From contig CAUYUJ010000248.1 in assembly GCA_963575745.1 (NCBI GenBank), positions 124,001 through 188,000 of the forward strand: 64,000 bases of DNA, in the 5' to 3' direction. The position numbers and the translations under genes were made by a program. Positions 1 through 13,129 of the stretch are shown piece by piece (position 1 is the first letter of the stretch; every line of letters begins with the position of its first letter). This DNA is from Prorocentrum cordatum. Its lineage: Eukaryota. Below the pieces are notes generated by a model. That model did not search any database and had not been told where the DNA came from. It worked only from the letters and a program-made list of their open reading frames with translations.

Positions 1-599
1 GTGAATCGAAGCGGGTGAATCTCGCGATCGGGTGAAAAAGCTTGTCTCTGGGGTCGAATTAAACTTGCTTCGACCTTGCTATTAGCTAGCAGCCAAAACT
101 GCGCTTAAGCTCGCCCAGCTCGCCTTGAATTATTGGTTCCTGGGTGCGTTTTGATGGTTTGTCGGTTGTCTTTCTTCGTAGCTTGCTTTGAACTTGCTTG
201 AACCTATCCAAGTACCACTGCTGACTCTGGCGCTGGCGTTGAGTTGTATGCGGCGCCCACCCACCCCCCCGCCTGCTGGCGACCCCCTCCGCCAACTGAG
301 AAGGCCCTGGCTGCTGTTACGCGCCTCGGCCTACTATCCGGCAGCCTTGTAATCGCGGCCGCCCAGACAGTTGAGCACGCCGAGGCGCTGGATCGGGAAG
401 TTTGGCATCCTGGTGCTCTTCTTCGCCTCGCCCGCGATCGGCTCGCTGCTCGGCGGGCAGAGTTCGAGAGGATGCGGCTGGACATCATGCAGGGAATCGG
501 GGCTGTTAAGAAGGCCGAAGCTACAACTGAGCTTCAGGCTGTCAAGCAGGCCGAAGCCATCAGGCCATTGCAGAGGCAAAGCAGAGGCGACGCTGCACA

Positions 600-1300
600 G
601 GCGAAGCAGAGGTAAAGCAAAGGCTAGCTAGTGGCGGCCATGGCAGCCATGTCTCAGTATCGTCAGAGCCTTCCCAACCCCCACTGGGACAGAGTAGTTT
701 AGCTCTCCTAGCGTGCCCCCTCTAAGTGGGGATGGGCGCCGCAATGCCCCGAAGGAGACGGCAGCTGTCCCCTCATGGGTGGAGTAGATCGGCCGGCGGG
801 GCCAAGGCATCCCTGGGGGGGGTGGGGATGGTTTTCTTGTCCAGAATGGCGCTGTAGTCCACGAATTCGCACAGCGGGTATCCGCGGCTTCGGCAGGCGG
901 TTCCCCGTCTCCGTTCAGCGCTCGCAGCCCTCGGCGCCGACTCCATGGCTCTCCTGCGCTTCAGCCTGCAGTTGGCCGGCCTGCACCTGGGCCTACAGGG
1001 CCATGGGCGCGCCCTCCTAGAAGCTGGCTCCGGCGTCGGACACAGCCTGCTGCCCCGGATGCATCATCCCGACTGGGGGAGTGGCGGAGCCACCGCACCG
1101 CTGCGCGTGGTGGAGTGGCAGTTCGCCGCCGTCAGCGGCCCCATACAGACCACGCTCCTAACGGCCACGCCTTTGGAGGGCAGCATGGCGCCTGTTGCGG
1201 CACACTCCTTGCCCGCCCCCTGCCTCTGATGGGCGCGATCCCCCCCTCCCAACCCAAGCTCAGCTCGGGGCCACGAGGTCGTGGTCGTGGGGGACGTGGT
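600..1300 (-). mobile_element. Highly degenerate non-LTR retrotransposon remnant (possible Zn-knuckle/RNase H region)
   Basis: Minus-strand peptides 'AQRCGG...MMH' and 'LRGGTLGELNYSVPVG' loosely resemble LINE C-terminal Zn-finger and RNase H segments. Many stops and frameshifts. Confidence 0.3.
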
Positions 1301-2459
1301 GGCGTGCATGTCGTTTAGGAGTTGTTCTGGGGAGCTGGCACCAGGGAATATCGATTGCGACCCTCGCTGCCGCGGGAGTCCGATCGCAAGCATCGCCACG
1401 ACTGGATGGAGATCTGGAGAGGTCCAAGATGGTCACCCTCGAACCCCGGCTGCTAGGGGCATCTAGCATGGCAGTGCATTGACTTCTCCTTGCGCCTAGC
1501 CGCTGGCACGGCGGGCACGAGGATGCCCCAGAACGTATGCCACCTCAGGGGCTGCTGGACGTCAAGGGTGACGACTTCGCTGTGCTCATCTGGAGGAACC
1601 TGAACGGTGTGGCGACCACACCGTTTGGTGAGCCAGTGGGGATTAGGGGTGGCCGCACGGTTTTGAGACTCAGGTCGTTCTCCGATGTCTCGGGCGATTG
1701 GGGCGTCCAGGGTCCACAAACCGTACGGTGACGAACCCTGCGGTGAGATCTCTTGGGATTTCGACGTCACCGCACCGTTTGTCACCTCACCGTTTTGGGA
1801 CCTCTAATGCTCAATTGAGTGGGCGGTATTTGGCGGGTCTGCCCCGACGGTCGCGCCTTCCTTGTTGCAAGGGTGATGCGACAATTCGACCAGCGCGGCG
1901 AAGCGCACATGCCCACCTCCAGCAAAAAGGAAGGTTATGTTGCCCGATGTCCTAGTGGGGCGTGAAGCGAGAGCGATAGAGCTGGTATCCATGACGATGG
2001 GTGGCACGGGCGAACCACAGATCTTCTACGCCCGAAGTATTGTTCACGGGGTCTCGATGGTGGCTCGTGGCGTGGCGTGGCGATAAATGCAAGATCTGCC
2101 CGTGGCGTTGTTCAGGTCATTTCGACGGCAGCGACGTTCGATATCACTACAGACTGTACTGATGATTCGGCGGTAGTGCCACTACAAGAGTAATTTGTTC
2201 AATGTGTTTGTTGCCGTGTCTGTCCTGGAGGATTCAATGGGTGCATCCGCGAAGGAGGTAGTGGCGCCATGTAATTGTCGCGCGTTTGGAATCTTGGAGC
2301 GCGATCGCAAGACAGCCCGACCTGAGGAGCCTGCGCGTAACCATCATTACCTTGTCGTATGTGGCACTTGGTTGCTGGGATTACGAAAGCGAAACCGACA
2401 TCCTAGCCATCGTCATTGCCACTGCCGTCGCCACCTTTACCAAATTGACCGAAACTATT

Positions 2460-2730
2460 ATCGATCATTGCCGTCGTCGCCGTCGTCGTCATTATCATCA
2501 TCGTCATCATCATCATCATCACCACCACCATCATCGTCATCATCGTCATCGTCATCGTCATCGTCATCATCATCATCATCATTATCATCATCATCACCGT
2601 CATCACCACCATCATCATCATCAGCAGCAGCAGCAGCATCCTCATCATCAGCATCAGCATCAACGTCAGCATCAGCATCAGCAGCATCCTCATGAGCAGC
2701 AGCACCAGCAGCATCAGCATCAGCATCTGT
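2460..2730. repeat. (CAT/CGT/CAG)n compound microsatellite
   Basis: Directly visible trinucleotide tract. Confidence 0.95.
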
Positions 2731-2871
2731 GCTCGTGTTCGCTCCCCCCTTTCTGTTTCAATGAGAGCTACAGCCATATAGTGGCATGGTTGTTGCATCT
2801 CGAGGGCCAGGCTTACCAGAGGTAGCCCACAGCAGCAACAATATCGCTAGCACATGCGTCATGTGCGCGCT

Positions 2872-2895
2872 CAGGTCTTTTTTGGTTCAAGCCAT
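2872..2895 (+). promoter_or_regulatory. Putative relic dinoflagellate spliced leader in a 5' UTR
   Basis: cag-gtc-TTTTTTGGTTCAAG-ccat resembles the 3' part of DinoSL (CCATTTTGGCTCAAG), about 70 nt upstream of gccATG at 2963. Confidence 0.45.
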
Positions 2896-2962
2896 CAAGA
2901 GGCGTCTGTCCATGTCAGGGTGCCAACCTCTTGTTTGACGTTGTTGCGCTGGCGCGACAGCC

Positions 2963-5900
2963 ATGCTCCATCAAAGTACGGTGGTTGGCCCCCAGAACTC
3001 GTTGGCGACGACTCTCGATTTCAGCCTCCAGATCGCGGAAATAGAAGCTTTGAAGTCTGGGCATTATGCTGCACAGATGGATCTGAATAAGGAGCAGACC
3101 GCCATCGTCGCAGCTGATATTCGTCCGTCTGGTGCCACATCCGAAGATTTCTTTAGGCGTCTTGGGGACCTTGAGGTGCATGTCTCGAGGCCTCTCCTCT
3201 GCCATGTCTGGGGGCCTCCTGGACCTCCTGGGCCGTCTTAATTGTCTTGCAGGTCTCTTGGCTGATCTTGAAGCGCTCGTAAGGAGAACAGGTGTCGCTC
3301 GGAACCCCCCTCCCCGGAGGGGCCCATCAATCCACACCTGGGGGCCCGGTGGGACGAGACCAGGGGAAGTAGCCTCACACGCTTAGTGGCCCCAAAGGGG
3401 TCGGCGGATTTCACAGCTCAAGCAGGAGGTCTTGCAGCTGCAGGAGGAGGTCGGCTTGGCCAGTGGCCACGATCGCCTTCGGGATCGCGTTGCCTTGTTA
3501 GATAAGGGCACCAGCGATTGCTTCGATAAGCACACGAAGACGATGGCTGAGTTCATGCAATCCCATGATGGGCATCGTGCATCATTTGAGGCGCGTGTTT
3601 CGAGCATCGAGGTTGCAATACATGAGATGAATATATGGTGGCCTTCGGTCCATCCCGCCACCATGCCAGGGTCGTGGACACGAGGCTTCGCAGAGGCCTC
3701 TTGGAGTTTCTCGGAATGCCTCTTGAGTCATCTCTGGAGTTTCTTTCTGGGCAAGTGGAAGCCTATTGCGAAGGCCTTACGCCCGGTGCCGCCGACCCTG
3801 AAGGGAGACGACGACGACGACAACGGCGGCGGCGGCGAAGACAACGACGACGACGACGACGACAACGCTGACGTGGGCCAGAGTCCTCAGGGATGCTTCT
3901 TGGGGTCTCTCTGGAAGGCTCGGGGTCTCCGGGGAGAAATTCCAGGGCCTCTTAAACGCGAGGCTTGGCAGAGGCTTCCTGGGGTTTCTTGGAAGGCCTC
4001 CTGGGGCCCTGTGGAAGCCTACCTGGGGGCCTGATGCGGACCTCTGAGGGGCCGCGGGGGCCCTCCTGGCGAGCCTCGTGGGGTCCTGGAGGCATGCTCG
4101 GTAGCCATCTTCGGGTGGAGGGCCAAAGAAGCACATTCAAGCTCGCGTCGGCCACGCGCACAAGGGGGGTATGGGGGAGGCGGGAAGGCTTCTTGGAAGC
4201 GCCCCTGCTTCTTAGAAGGTGCGGGCCTTGTCTATAGATGCAAGGCCCGCGCCTTCTAAGAAGCAGGGGCGCTTCTAAGAAGCCTTCCCCCCTCCCCCTA
4301 ATTACCCCCCTTGTGCGCGCCGCCAGTCGTGGGTGCCTCGGGGGTTCTCTTGCTGTAGCAACGTAAGATTCGGGCACGCCGGAACTCGGGTTCGCCTGCG
4401 CTTTTTGACGGGCCCGCCATGGATTTTGACGGCCCAGTTTTCGTCGGATGTCTGCAGCGGGAACTCGCGTCATACTTCAGAGTGGGTCTCATTATTTTCC
4501 TGTCGCCCCAGCAGGTCAACCAGCGGCCCCCAAGCCCGAGTCTCATGTCTCCCCGATCTTGGGGCCATTTTGGACCGTCTTGTACGCTCTTGGGACGCAA
4601 AAGGCGAGCATGCGAATGGCATATAAAGACGATGGTTGTTAAACGATGTTGCCCTCTTGGGCCGACCCCCAGGGCCTGCATGACGGCCAAGAGGCCTCCA
4701 ATGGAATCCTCGGACGGCCCATGGCGGCCTTCTGGAGTCATCTTAGGACATGCGGGAAGTATGGACCCCCAAAAACGCTCCCAAGGCCGCGGGCAAAGCC
4801 ATGCGACACGCCCCAGGAACGCGCAGGCGCGCCCGAGCATTCTGTGAATGCGAGGTGTGATGCCTTCAAGGAGCACGTGCGATCCTGAATCCAGGGAGTT
4901 CGAAGGGGCCCGAGGACACTCCACTCAGTGCTTCGCGGCACAGTGGCGGATCAAGGAGGTGGGGGAAATTTCCCGACGCCTTTCGCTTTTGGAGCAAGGT
5001 TGTCGTGATGTCGCAGACAACCATCGTAATCAAATCAATGAGCTTCAGGCTGCCAGCGATAAGAACGGCACAGACTTGCTTATGTGCAGGGAAGCTCTGT
5101 GCAGACGCATTGAGTCTGTTGAACAAGGCGTCAAAGAGTCTGCCCTGACGCAAGTCGAAATATGTGCTGCTTCTCTGAAATCTTACGAAGGTCCGCTGCC
5201 AGAGCGGCTGGGTTTCCTCGAGAAGCAGTTCGCTGCGTCCGTAGACAGGATGGACCGGATGAGCTCAGAACTTCGGAGGTGCGCGGACGGCGCCAGGCGG
5301 GCCGGCTCTGAAGACGCTGCACTCCATCGCCGAATGGTTTCTCTAGAGAGCGATCTGGCCAAGCTGCCAGAAAGATGCGGCAGAGAGCTGGACAAGGTTG
5401 CAAGGGAGTTGACCGGTTTGAACAGCAAGCTCGACATTATTGCCGAGCGCGTCGCATGTTTAGAGAGGCAGCTTGGAGAGGCAGCTGGTAAGCTCACCGT
5501 GATGTCTGAGGAAACAGGCGCAGTTCGCGCTGGGATACTGCGAGATGTTCAGGGATGGCTGAGCACAATACGTGAGATCTTGGACTTCTTTGAAGCGGAG
5601 ATACGCCATTTGTGGAGCAAGCATGAGGAGGCGATAGATGACGTCAGGAGAACTAACGACGACAACATATGTAAAAATAATGCGCGCCATGTGGCAGTGG
5701 TAGGGCGCATGGATAGTCTGGAGAAAACTTTGACCGAACTCTTCGGTAAGTATTGCAGCAGTATGACAGATATGCAGCACGAACACTCAGAACTCAGCAT
5801 CGACAGCGAGTCCGTACCACACCGCGCTGTTTGCTTGGAGCAGCAGCAGCAGCAGCAGTGCGATTCCAAAGTCGCGTGTGCCAGCGACTCCCAGCGGTCG

Positions 5901-6698
5901 CAGGATCAGTGCCAGAGCCGCATCGACGAGATCGAGGGCGAAAGCGACGGCTGGCGCGCATCCGTGGCAAGTCGCGTGGGCGCCCTCCAAAGGGCAGTCC
6001 GCGACAAGGCGGGCCAGCATGTGGAGGGGCTGGCTGACCTGCGACAGGCGCACCTGGAGCACACCGGACGCGGGCCTCACAACGCGGGGGAGGCGCGAGC
6101 TGTCTCCGCGGGGAGACAGGGCTCGGAGCAGAGCGACGTGCGTGGCGAGCTGCTCTGGCACGGGACGCCGACGCAGCAGCCCGAGGGGCTCCCACACCCC
6201 AGGGCGTTCAGCCCGCAGGACCGCGTGACGCGGGCAGGTGCCGAGGAGGCGCAGAGGAAGGCCGACGCCAGAGCGGCCCTGATGAGCGAGCTCACGAGGT
6301 CGGCGTCTAGCCCCTCCCTGTCGGCCGCTTCGCTCAGTGCCGACCCAGGAGGGCAGGGCAGTCCCCAGACTTCACAGGAGAAGCAGAGACCGCCGCCGTT
6401 GAGAGCTCATCGTGGATGGAGGACCCACCCCCGGGGCGGCCGCGCGCCTGAGCGTCGTCCCGTACTTGGTGACGCTCGGGCGTGCCACCGCCCAGGGGTG
6501 GGGCCCCCCCCCGATGGGTTCTCGATGGTGGCGGTGGTCTCTGCCTCTCCTGCGACGAGTCCGAACACTTGGGCCAGGGGCCAGCTGTGCGGCAGGGCGC
6601 TCCGGGCGTTTCGGCCGACACGTCCATCTCAGGACGTGGAGGGCGGGAGGTGCGAGCTGCGACCGCCGAGGTCTCTGTGGTGGGCCCAGCCAGGGTGA
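2963..6698 (+). CDS. Spliced coiled-coil repeat protein (dinoflagellate 'ERxxxLEK...D...KH' repeat type); approximate exons 2963-3189, 3398-3611, 4956-~6698
   Basis: gccATG start. Repeats DRVALLDKGTSDCFDKH, ERLGFLEKQFAASVDR, ERVACLERQLGEAAGK, RMDSLEKTLTELFGK. Phase-compatible AG|GC (3190) to AG|G (3397) and GAG|GT (3612) to AAG|G (4955) junctions. First junction and true C-terminus are uncertain. Confidence 0.65.
4150..4326. mobile_element. Palindromic MITE (CTTCTAAGAAG family) inside an intron
   Basis: Arms cgcgcacaagggggg...ccccccttgtgcgcg fold back on each other around ~4235; close relative at 19651-19820. Confidence 0.75.
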
Positions 6699-7099
6699 GA
6701 GCACTTTCCCTGACCGGCCTATGTGCATCGCCACGCCCTGCGCCCAGATTCAATGGCGCGAAAACTTACACACAGACGCACAAACACACAAGCCCTCCAG
6801 CACCCATATTATATACATATATTTAGAGTTGCATATCTGTACATATATATATATATAGATATATACACACATGCGTACAGATGGCGCATGCGTGTGTGCA
6901 GACTTAGGTATTAGGCGCACAAGCAGCGTCAGCGGCTTGGTGGATGGCCATCCGATCAGTCACGATGCACTGGCCAGTACATGCCAAATCCGGGGAAACG
7001 ACCTCACAATCTCCCTCTCTCTCTCTATCCCTCTCTCTTTTTTTTTTTTCTCTCTCTCTCTCTCGCACGCACACACACACACACACGCGCGCGCGCGCC

Positions 7100-7470
7100 G
7101 GCCCCCAGGGAGCATTTCCGTGGATGTGCCGGGCGCGCTGGGCGAATCCCAATCCAGCGCTCTCGCTCGAGACATCTTCGCAAAATCGCCCCACGGGCTC
7201 CCCACGGCGCTTCCAGGGACCATTTGCGGGGTGCGCTGGGCGCGCTGGGCGAATCCCATTCTGGCGCTCTCGCGCGAGAGATCCTCCCAAAATCGCCCCA
7301 CGTGCCCCCCAAGTCGCCTCCGAAGGGACCATTTCCGGGGGTGTGCTGGGCGCGCTGGGCGAATCCCATTCTAGCGCTCTCGCTCGAGACATCCTCGCAG
7401 AATCGCCCCACGGGACCCCCACGGCGCCTCCGAAGGGACCATTTCTGGGGATGTGCCGTGCCGGGCGCTC
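7100..7470. repeat. ~110-bp tandem repeat, about 3 copies
   Basis: Recurrent gggcgcgctgggcgaatcccattct...gagacatcctcgca..aatcgccccacg. Confidence 0.9.
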
Positions 7471-8233
7471 TGGCTGCACATTCCCTATAGGTGCTTCTTG
7501 GCACGTGTCCGGTCCTCCTCCTCCTCCTCCTCCTCCTCCTCTTCCTCCTCCTCCTCCTCCTCCTCCTCCTCCTCCTCCTCCTCCTCGTGAGCATCATCTC
7601 GCAGAAGCTCGCGGGGTTGGTCTTGACCAAGGAGGGCGCCAAAGAAGGAGTGTGGAGGATGATCGCCACTGTAGTGTGATTCCCTGAGATCTGACGTGGC
7701 GAGACACTTGCAACATCGTAAAACATCACGCCCGGAGTTCTAGACCCCAGCTTCCTGCGTCATTTTTCGAGCCAGATCGATCTGTGAGGGTCCCGGGGCC
7801 CGAAAAAAGGCAAAAACGCCCGGCTCGAAAAAATTGAGACGCCAGGATCTCAGGGGAGGATTGTTGACATGCCAGGTCGTCGAGATGATCCCGGCACTTT
7901 GCGCCGACCATCAGGCCGGCGCGAGCCCGGTGCGGCTGTTCGACGTCGGCTTTTAGGCGGGCGCATTCCTGGTGCTGCTGCCAGCGCCCGCCCCGCTCGG
8001 GGCGGCGCCGCCGTGCCACGTGGTGTGGTATAGCCGGCCATCGCTTCCTCGGGGTGACGCCTCTGTGCTTTGTGCGAAGAAATTCGAGTAGGGGATCGAC
8101 TACAGAATTGATTTACCCCCAACTTGGTTTCCCCGCCGAATGTACGAGAAGCACAACGTAGAACTATCGTAGATCCGCGGGACATTCTATTCGTTTATGG
8201 TACATTCGGCGGGAAAATCAAGTGTGGGGTGAA

Positions 8234-8916
8234 TTAATTCTGTAGTCGGTCGACTACTCGAAGAATGACATGGTCCATCATCACGCCGTAGCTCCAGATG
8301 GCCCGGTCCAGGCCGGCCTTCCGCTTGATCCCCGTGGGCCAGAAGAGGCGGGCCTGCAGCGCGTCGCGGGGTATGCCTGGCGGGCTGGCAGCGCGGATCT
8401 CTGGGCACAGGCGCCTCCTCATCACGTGATCAAGGGTTCCGTAGTCGTGGCCGCAGAAGGGGCACTGGGAAGGAGGGGGGCCTGCTCGCGCCGCGGTGGC
8501 TGCGGCGGCCTCCGCCAGGGAGTCGACGGCCCCTGCGGAGAGTCGTAGCGACCTCCGCTCCTGTTGGGCATGCCTGGGCTGCCGGCGTCGCGCCGGCCGG
8601 ACCTCCGCCAGTCCTGGTTTTGTTGGGGGTCGCGCCAGGCCTCCCAGAGAAGGTGTTCTGCTAGCCCCGGCGTGTGCCAGTACTCGCTGTCGGGGTCGAT
8701 CGACAGGTCCTTGTCGATGCCGTCGTGCCTCCACGTCCTGGGGTGGTGCTGCCTGAGGCTTCCAGCCCGTCCATTCCAGATGCTCGGACAGCAGCCTGGC
8801 GTAGCCCTTCGGTGGGGGCGGGGTGGGCGGGGCAGCAGCACTCTCAACCTCCTGTATCCCAGGCTGTGTCTGCCTTGTGGGATAAGTTTGAAGGCTTTCC
8901 TGATGCCAGCGACTCG

Positions 8917-8951
<35 letters not shown>

Positions 8952-9080
8952 ACCTGCCCGCGAAGCGAGGCTCTGGGTCGAGTAGCGTCTCCATCGCTGG
9001 CGATTGAGTGTTTGAACCTCTGGCTGGTACGCCTGCGGCCCACGGGATGTCGAGGACGGTGGCGGTGCCCTTCTGGCCGC
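8234..9080 (-). mobile_element. LINE-like retrotransposon C-terminal fragment (Zn finger), frameshifted
   Basis: CPFCGHDYGTLDHVM...C followed by PRDALQARLFWPTG; a homologous peptide (PQDALQRRLFWPTG) occurs at ~29870 on +. Confidence 0.7.
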
Positions 9081-9403
9081 TGCGAGACGTCGCAATCTGG
9101 GGCGCCTGTGCTCCTCCTCCTCCTCCTCCTTCTCCTCCTCCTCCTTCTCCTCCCTCCTCCTCCTCCTCCTCCTCGTCGTCCTCCTCCTCCTCGTTCGTCC
9201 TCCTTCTCCTCCTCCTCGTTCGTCCTCCTTCTCGTTCGCTTCCAGGGCAGCTGCCCCAGCCACCCGTACTGCGGGTCGGAAACTGGAACATACACAGTAC
9301 CAGCGGCGGGCTGCTCTTCAATCCCAGGGCTTTTTTGAGGATCGGGGACGACGTCGGGGTGGTGTGGTGTATTATTTTTCATCCGTCTCCTGGGGGAACA
9401 TCC

Positions 9404-10340
9404 ATTACCCCAGTGCGACCCTACCTAGAAATTGGAGCCCCTAGGAAAGCAGCATTAGTTGCTATGCTATGCTATGCTATGCCATGCTATGCTGCGCTAT
9501 GCTGTGCTATGCTATGCTATGCTGCGCTATGCTATGCTATGCTAAGCTATGCTATGTCATGCTGCGCTGTGCTATGCTAAGCTATGCTATGCTATGCTAT
9601 GCTATGACAAGCTGCGCTATGCTATGTTATGACATGCTATGCTATGCTATGATATGATATGCTGCGCTGTGCTATGCTATGATATGCTATGCTATGCTAT
9701 GCTATGCGTGGCTATTTTATGATATGCTATGCTATGCTAACGCTGCGCTATGCTAAGCTAAGCTAAGCTAAGTTAAGCTAAGCTAAACTAACCCTCTAGA
9801 CAGAGTCTAGGTAGGGAATTACACCCATGATAATGCTTTGCTTTGCTTTGCGTTGTTTGTGCTTTGCTTTGCTGTCGCCTTTGCTTTGCTTTGCTGCTGT
9901 GCTATGCTATGCTCTGCTATGCTATGCTATGCTATGCTGCGCGGCGCTATGCTGTGCTGTGCTGTACTGCGCTATGCTATGTTATGCTATGCTATGCTAT
10001 GCTGCGCTATGCTGTGCTATGCTGGGCTTTGCTATGATATGCTGTGCTGCGCTGTGCTGCGCTACGCTCTGTTATGCTATGATGTGCTCTGCTATGCTAA
10101 AGCTCGGCGAAGCTAAGATGAAGGTAAGCTAAACTAAGATAAACCTGAGCTAAGATGAAGCTAAGCTAAGCTAAGATGAAATAAGCTAAGCTAAGATGAG
10201 ATAAGCAACGCTAAGCTAAGGGAACGTCACTGGGGGAACCGCGGGGCGGATGCAGGGGGAACCGCCCGGGGCGGGCAACACTGCCCGGCCCTTTAAGCAT
10301 ATAAAGTAAGAACCCTTCTAGGCAGAGCCTAGGTAGGGGA
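9404..10340 (+). mobile_element. Tandem pair of non-autonomous elements carrying (GCTAT)n/(GCTAA)n satellite, with subterminal inverted repeats (Helentron/HINE-like)
   Basis: CCCTACCTAG (9419-9428) vs CTAGGTAGGG (9807-9816, 10329-10338); terminal hairpins; homologous inverted copy at 40213-40758. Confidence 0.7.
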
Positions 10341-10649
10341 AACATGTATACACCAGGGTCCCGTATACACCAGGATCCGCTTTCCTGTGCAAGCTGCAGT
10401 GCAGGGCCAACAAAAAGCGTCGGTGTATAGAGTTCGGTCCCCTATGTAGAGCTGAGGGGCCCGCTTTGGACGACCCGCGCCTTGGAGGCGAAATCGATGA
10501 GGAGCCGCGCTGCCGCACGTCCCTGGGCCGTGGCCCTGTCCCATCGCTGCTTCTCGCTGTCGCTCGGCGGGCGGCTGGCGCGCCGCCGATCACCGTGTGG
10601 TCCCTAATTCGAATGGTGGCCGAGTCCTTGGTGCTCTCCTAGGGCACGT

Positions 10650-11130
10650 CAGCCTCGGCCAGCCGCTGGCGGTGGGAGGGCTGCCGGTGCATCCGCTGCT
10701 CCTTGGTCGTGTTTTCCCTGAGGCCCAGGATGACGCTCCAGCGCCGCCAGATCACGGCGGCGCGCCTCATGGCGACATTTCGCACCCTTGGCCTTGGCCT
10801 TTACCTGCCGAAGTTGCCCCAGGAGCACGCAGCACATGTCCGCCAGGGACCAGGGATCCCCCTGGGGCGCCCCAGCATGGTGCGCGGGTTGCCCGGTTGG
10901 CCGACCCAGCCCAGGCCGAACTTGGCCACTTGTGGGTGGCACCAAGTCGAGAGCAAGGCTGAAGTCCCAGGACGCCAGGTACTCCCCGGTTCCCACTCTG
11001 GAGATGAGCGCCGTCGTGGCGTCCGCCGCCTCCTTCCCCTCGACGCCTCCCGCCGCGTCGAGGCGCTGCGGCAGTGGGCACTGGCCCACTGTCTGTACCA
11101 GCTGGAGGCGACGCTGATGGGCCGGAGCTT
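10650..11130 (-). mobile_element. Degenerate LINE reverse transcriptase fragment
   Basis: GGVEGKEAADA...YLASWDFSLALDLVP (RT motif D..KAFD-like) and APQGDPWS (GxPQG motif). Confidence 0.75.
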
Positions 11131-11719
11131 GTCGTCCTCTCCTCCTCCCCTCCTCCTGCTCCTCCTCTTCTTCCTCCTCCTCCTCTTCCTCCTCCTCCTC
11201 ACGCCGTGTCGGCAGCGGCGCGGCCCTGCCAAGACCCCCGCGGCAGCAAGGGAGCAGGAGGAGGAGGAGGAGGAGGAGGAGGAGGAGGACTGAGCGAGGA
11301 GGAAGAGGAATACGGGGAAGGATGAGGAGGTGGAGGAGGAGGAGGAGGGAGAGGAGCGGGGGGGGCAGCAGGAGGGGGAAGTGACAGGAAAAACAGATCG
11401 GATCGAGTCGGAACTCCACGACAATGTCTCAGCATAAAACCACTGCCGGGGACGTGCTGTGCCCAACGTGGCAAGCAGGACGAGGAGGAGGAGGAGGAGG
11501 AGGACTGAGCGAGGGGGAAGAGCACTGAGCGAGAAGGAGGAGCACGGAGGAAGAGAGGGAGGAGGGGTAGGGGAAGGAGGAGGAAGTGGAGGGACGACCA
11601 GGAGAAGAGCGAGGATGATGAGCAGAGCAGGAGGAGGCGGCCATCTCTTGTCCATCGGTCGTGGGACCACGGCGGGAGGCTCACATGCGGCGGTCAGCCC
11701 TCGCGTATGCGCTTGCATC

Positions 11720-12135
11720 GGCCGACGAAGACAAACTTTCGGAGGTCCGCGTGGATTTCTCGGGTTGGCGCTGGGGCCTCCTAAAGCGCCTCTGGCGCCG
11801 CCCCTGGCGCGCTCCGTGCGCCAGGGGGCCAGCGCCGACCCAAGAACTGCGCGCGAACCTCCAAAAGCCTGCGCATGTTGATGCCATCTCTTTTTGCTTC
11901 TCGAGCCGACGGCCTATCGGGGACGCGCTCTTCCTCCCGCGGCTCGCAGGGTCTATGAGGCTGCGCGCTTGCCAGCAGATGCTGCAGGCACGATATGGGG
12001 GCCACTGCCGCAGCCGGCGTTCAGCGCTGAATGCCGCCGTGGACCCAGAGTCGGTCGATGTTGAACGATCTGACGTCTGGGAAACGGCCGATCGTTCGAG
12101 GCGGAACGATCCCCGCGGTGTCAGGATTCAGCGAC
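11720..12135. repeat. Dispersed repeat modules
   Basis: ctctggcgccgcccctggcgcgc module recurs at ~54190-54260 (inverted) and ~54890-55030. The gaacgatctgacg..ggaaacggccga module recurs at ~30950-31022 and ~58300-58535. Confidence 0.75.
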
Positions 12136-13129
12136 GACGTCGGCACGGCGGGAACCTGCCGTGATCAGGGGCAGGCGACGGCGCCGTGGGACGGGCGGGG
12201 GGTGAGGGTTGCAGGTCCCACGACGGCCCTCTGGCGTGAAGCGCAGCGCACGAACTGGCTGGAGGGGCCAGCAGGAAGATGATCAAGGGGGAGCTGCCAG
12301 GGGAGGAAAAGGTACCCATACCTCTACCTCGGTTTCGATGTCGCCTTTTCGGGCCTCGGGGGAGGCCCTCGTCACCACCGCCGGATTCGCCTCGAGATTC
12401 TGGCCGGAGCGCCTCCTGGGAGAGGTCCAGGGAGTAGCGCTATCGGTACCTCTTGTTTTCCCCGAGTTGGTGGTGGGGCGCGAGGCGGCGGCATTGTAGA
12501 GGGGGGGGAGGCCGGTCCCGCGTCGAGCTTCCAGCACGGAGTGCAAAGCATATGGGCTTGTCGGAGTGGCCGTTCAGCGCAGACCCAGCCGGCCGCCAGG
12601 ACAGGCGCGGCTCTACTTCGGTTTCGAGCCCGTGGCGCGTACCCTCTGGGAGCGGCCGCGCGCTTCGTGGAGGAAGGAGTGGCCGCGAAACATGGAAGCG
12701 TATGGTCCGGAAAGGGAGAGGATTAGTCAGGCGAGAAGGCGCGCAAGAAATGATGGGCGGAAGAAGAAGTTGTTTTCAGTAGAGCGAACGGCAGTCGGAG
12801 ATGGCAGGTCTTCTCGCAGTCTTGACTTGTAATAGTCATGTGCCGCAGGCATGGCAGGCTTTGAGTCGGCAGTGAGACTAGTTTTCGTTGTACGGCGTGC
12901 ATGTTATTTTCTCTTGCTTCCCGACATGATACTGAAGGGAGGCTTTCAGTCGGAAGGTGTCTGCACATGTGTGTATGCATGTCATACAGTGCGGCCTCCC
13001 CGTCTTCCCTGCACGGTCATATGTTTACGTGTTGGATTTCCCTGCGCGCGTTCGCGATCCTCTGGTCGGGTCCCCGCATGCGATTGCTTTGCCCCGCTGT
13101 TGGGGGCCCAAGAGTGTTTCCGAGTGCGG

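Noticed and set aside
12283..12546. Possible isolated minus-strand exon
   Set aside because: No recognisable motif or partner exon could be found.
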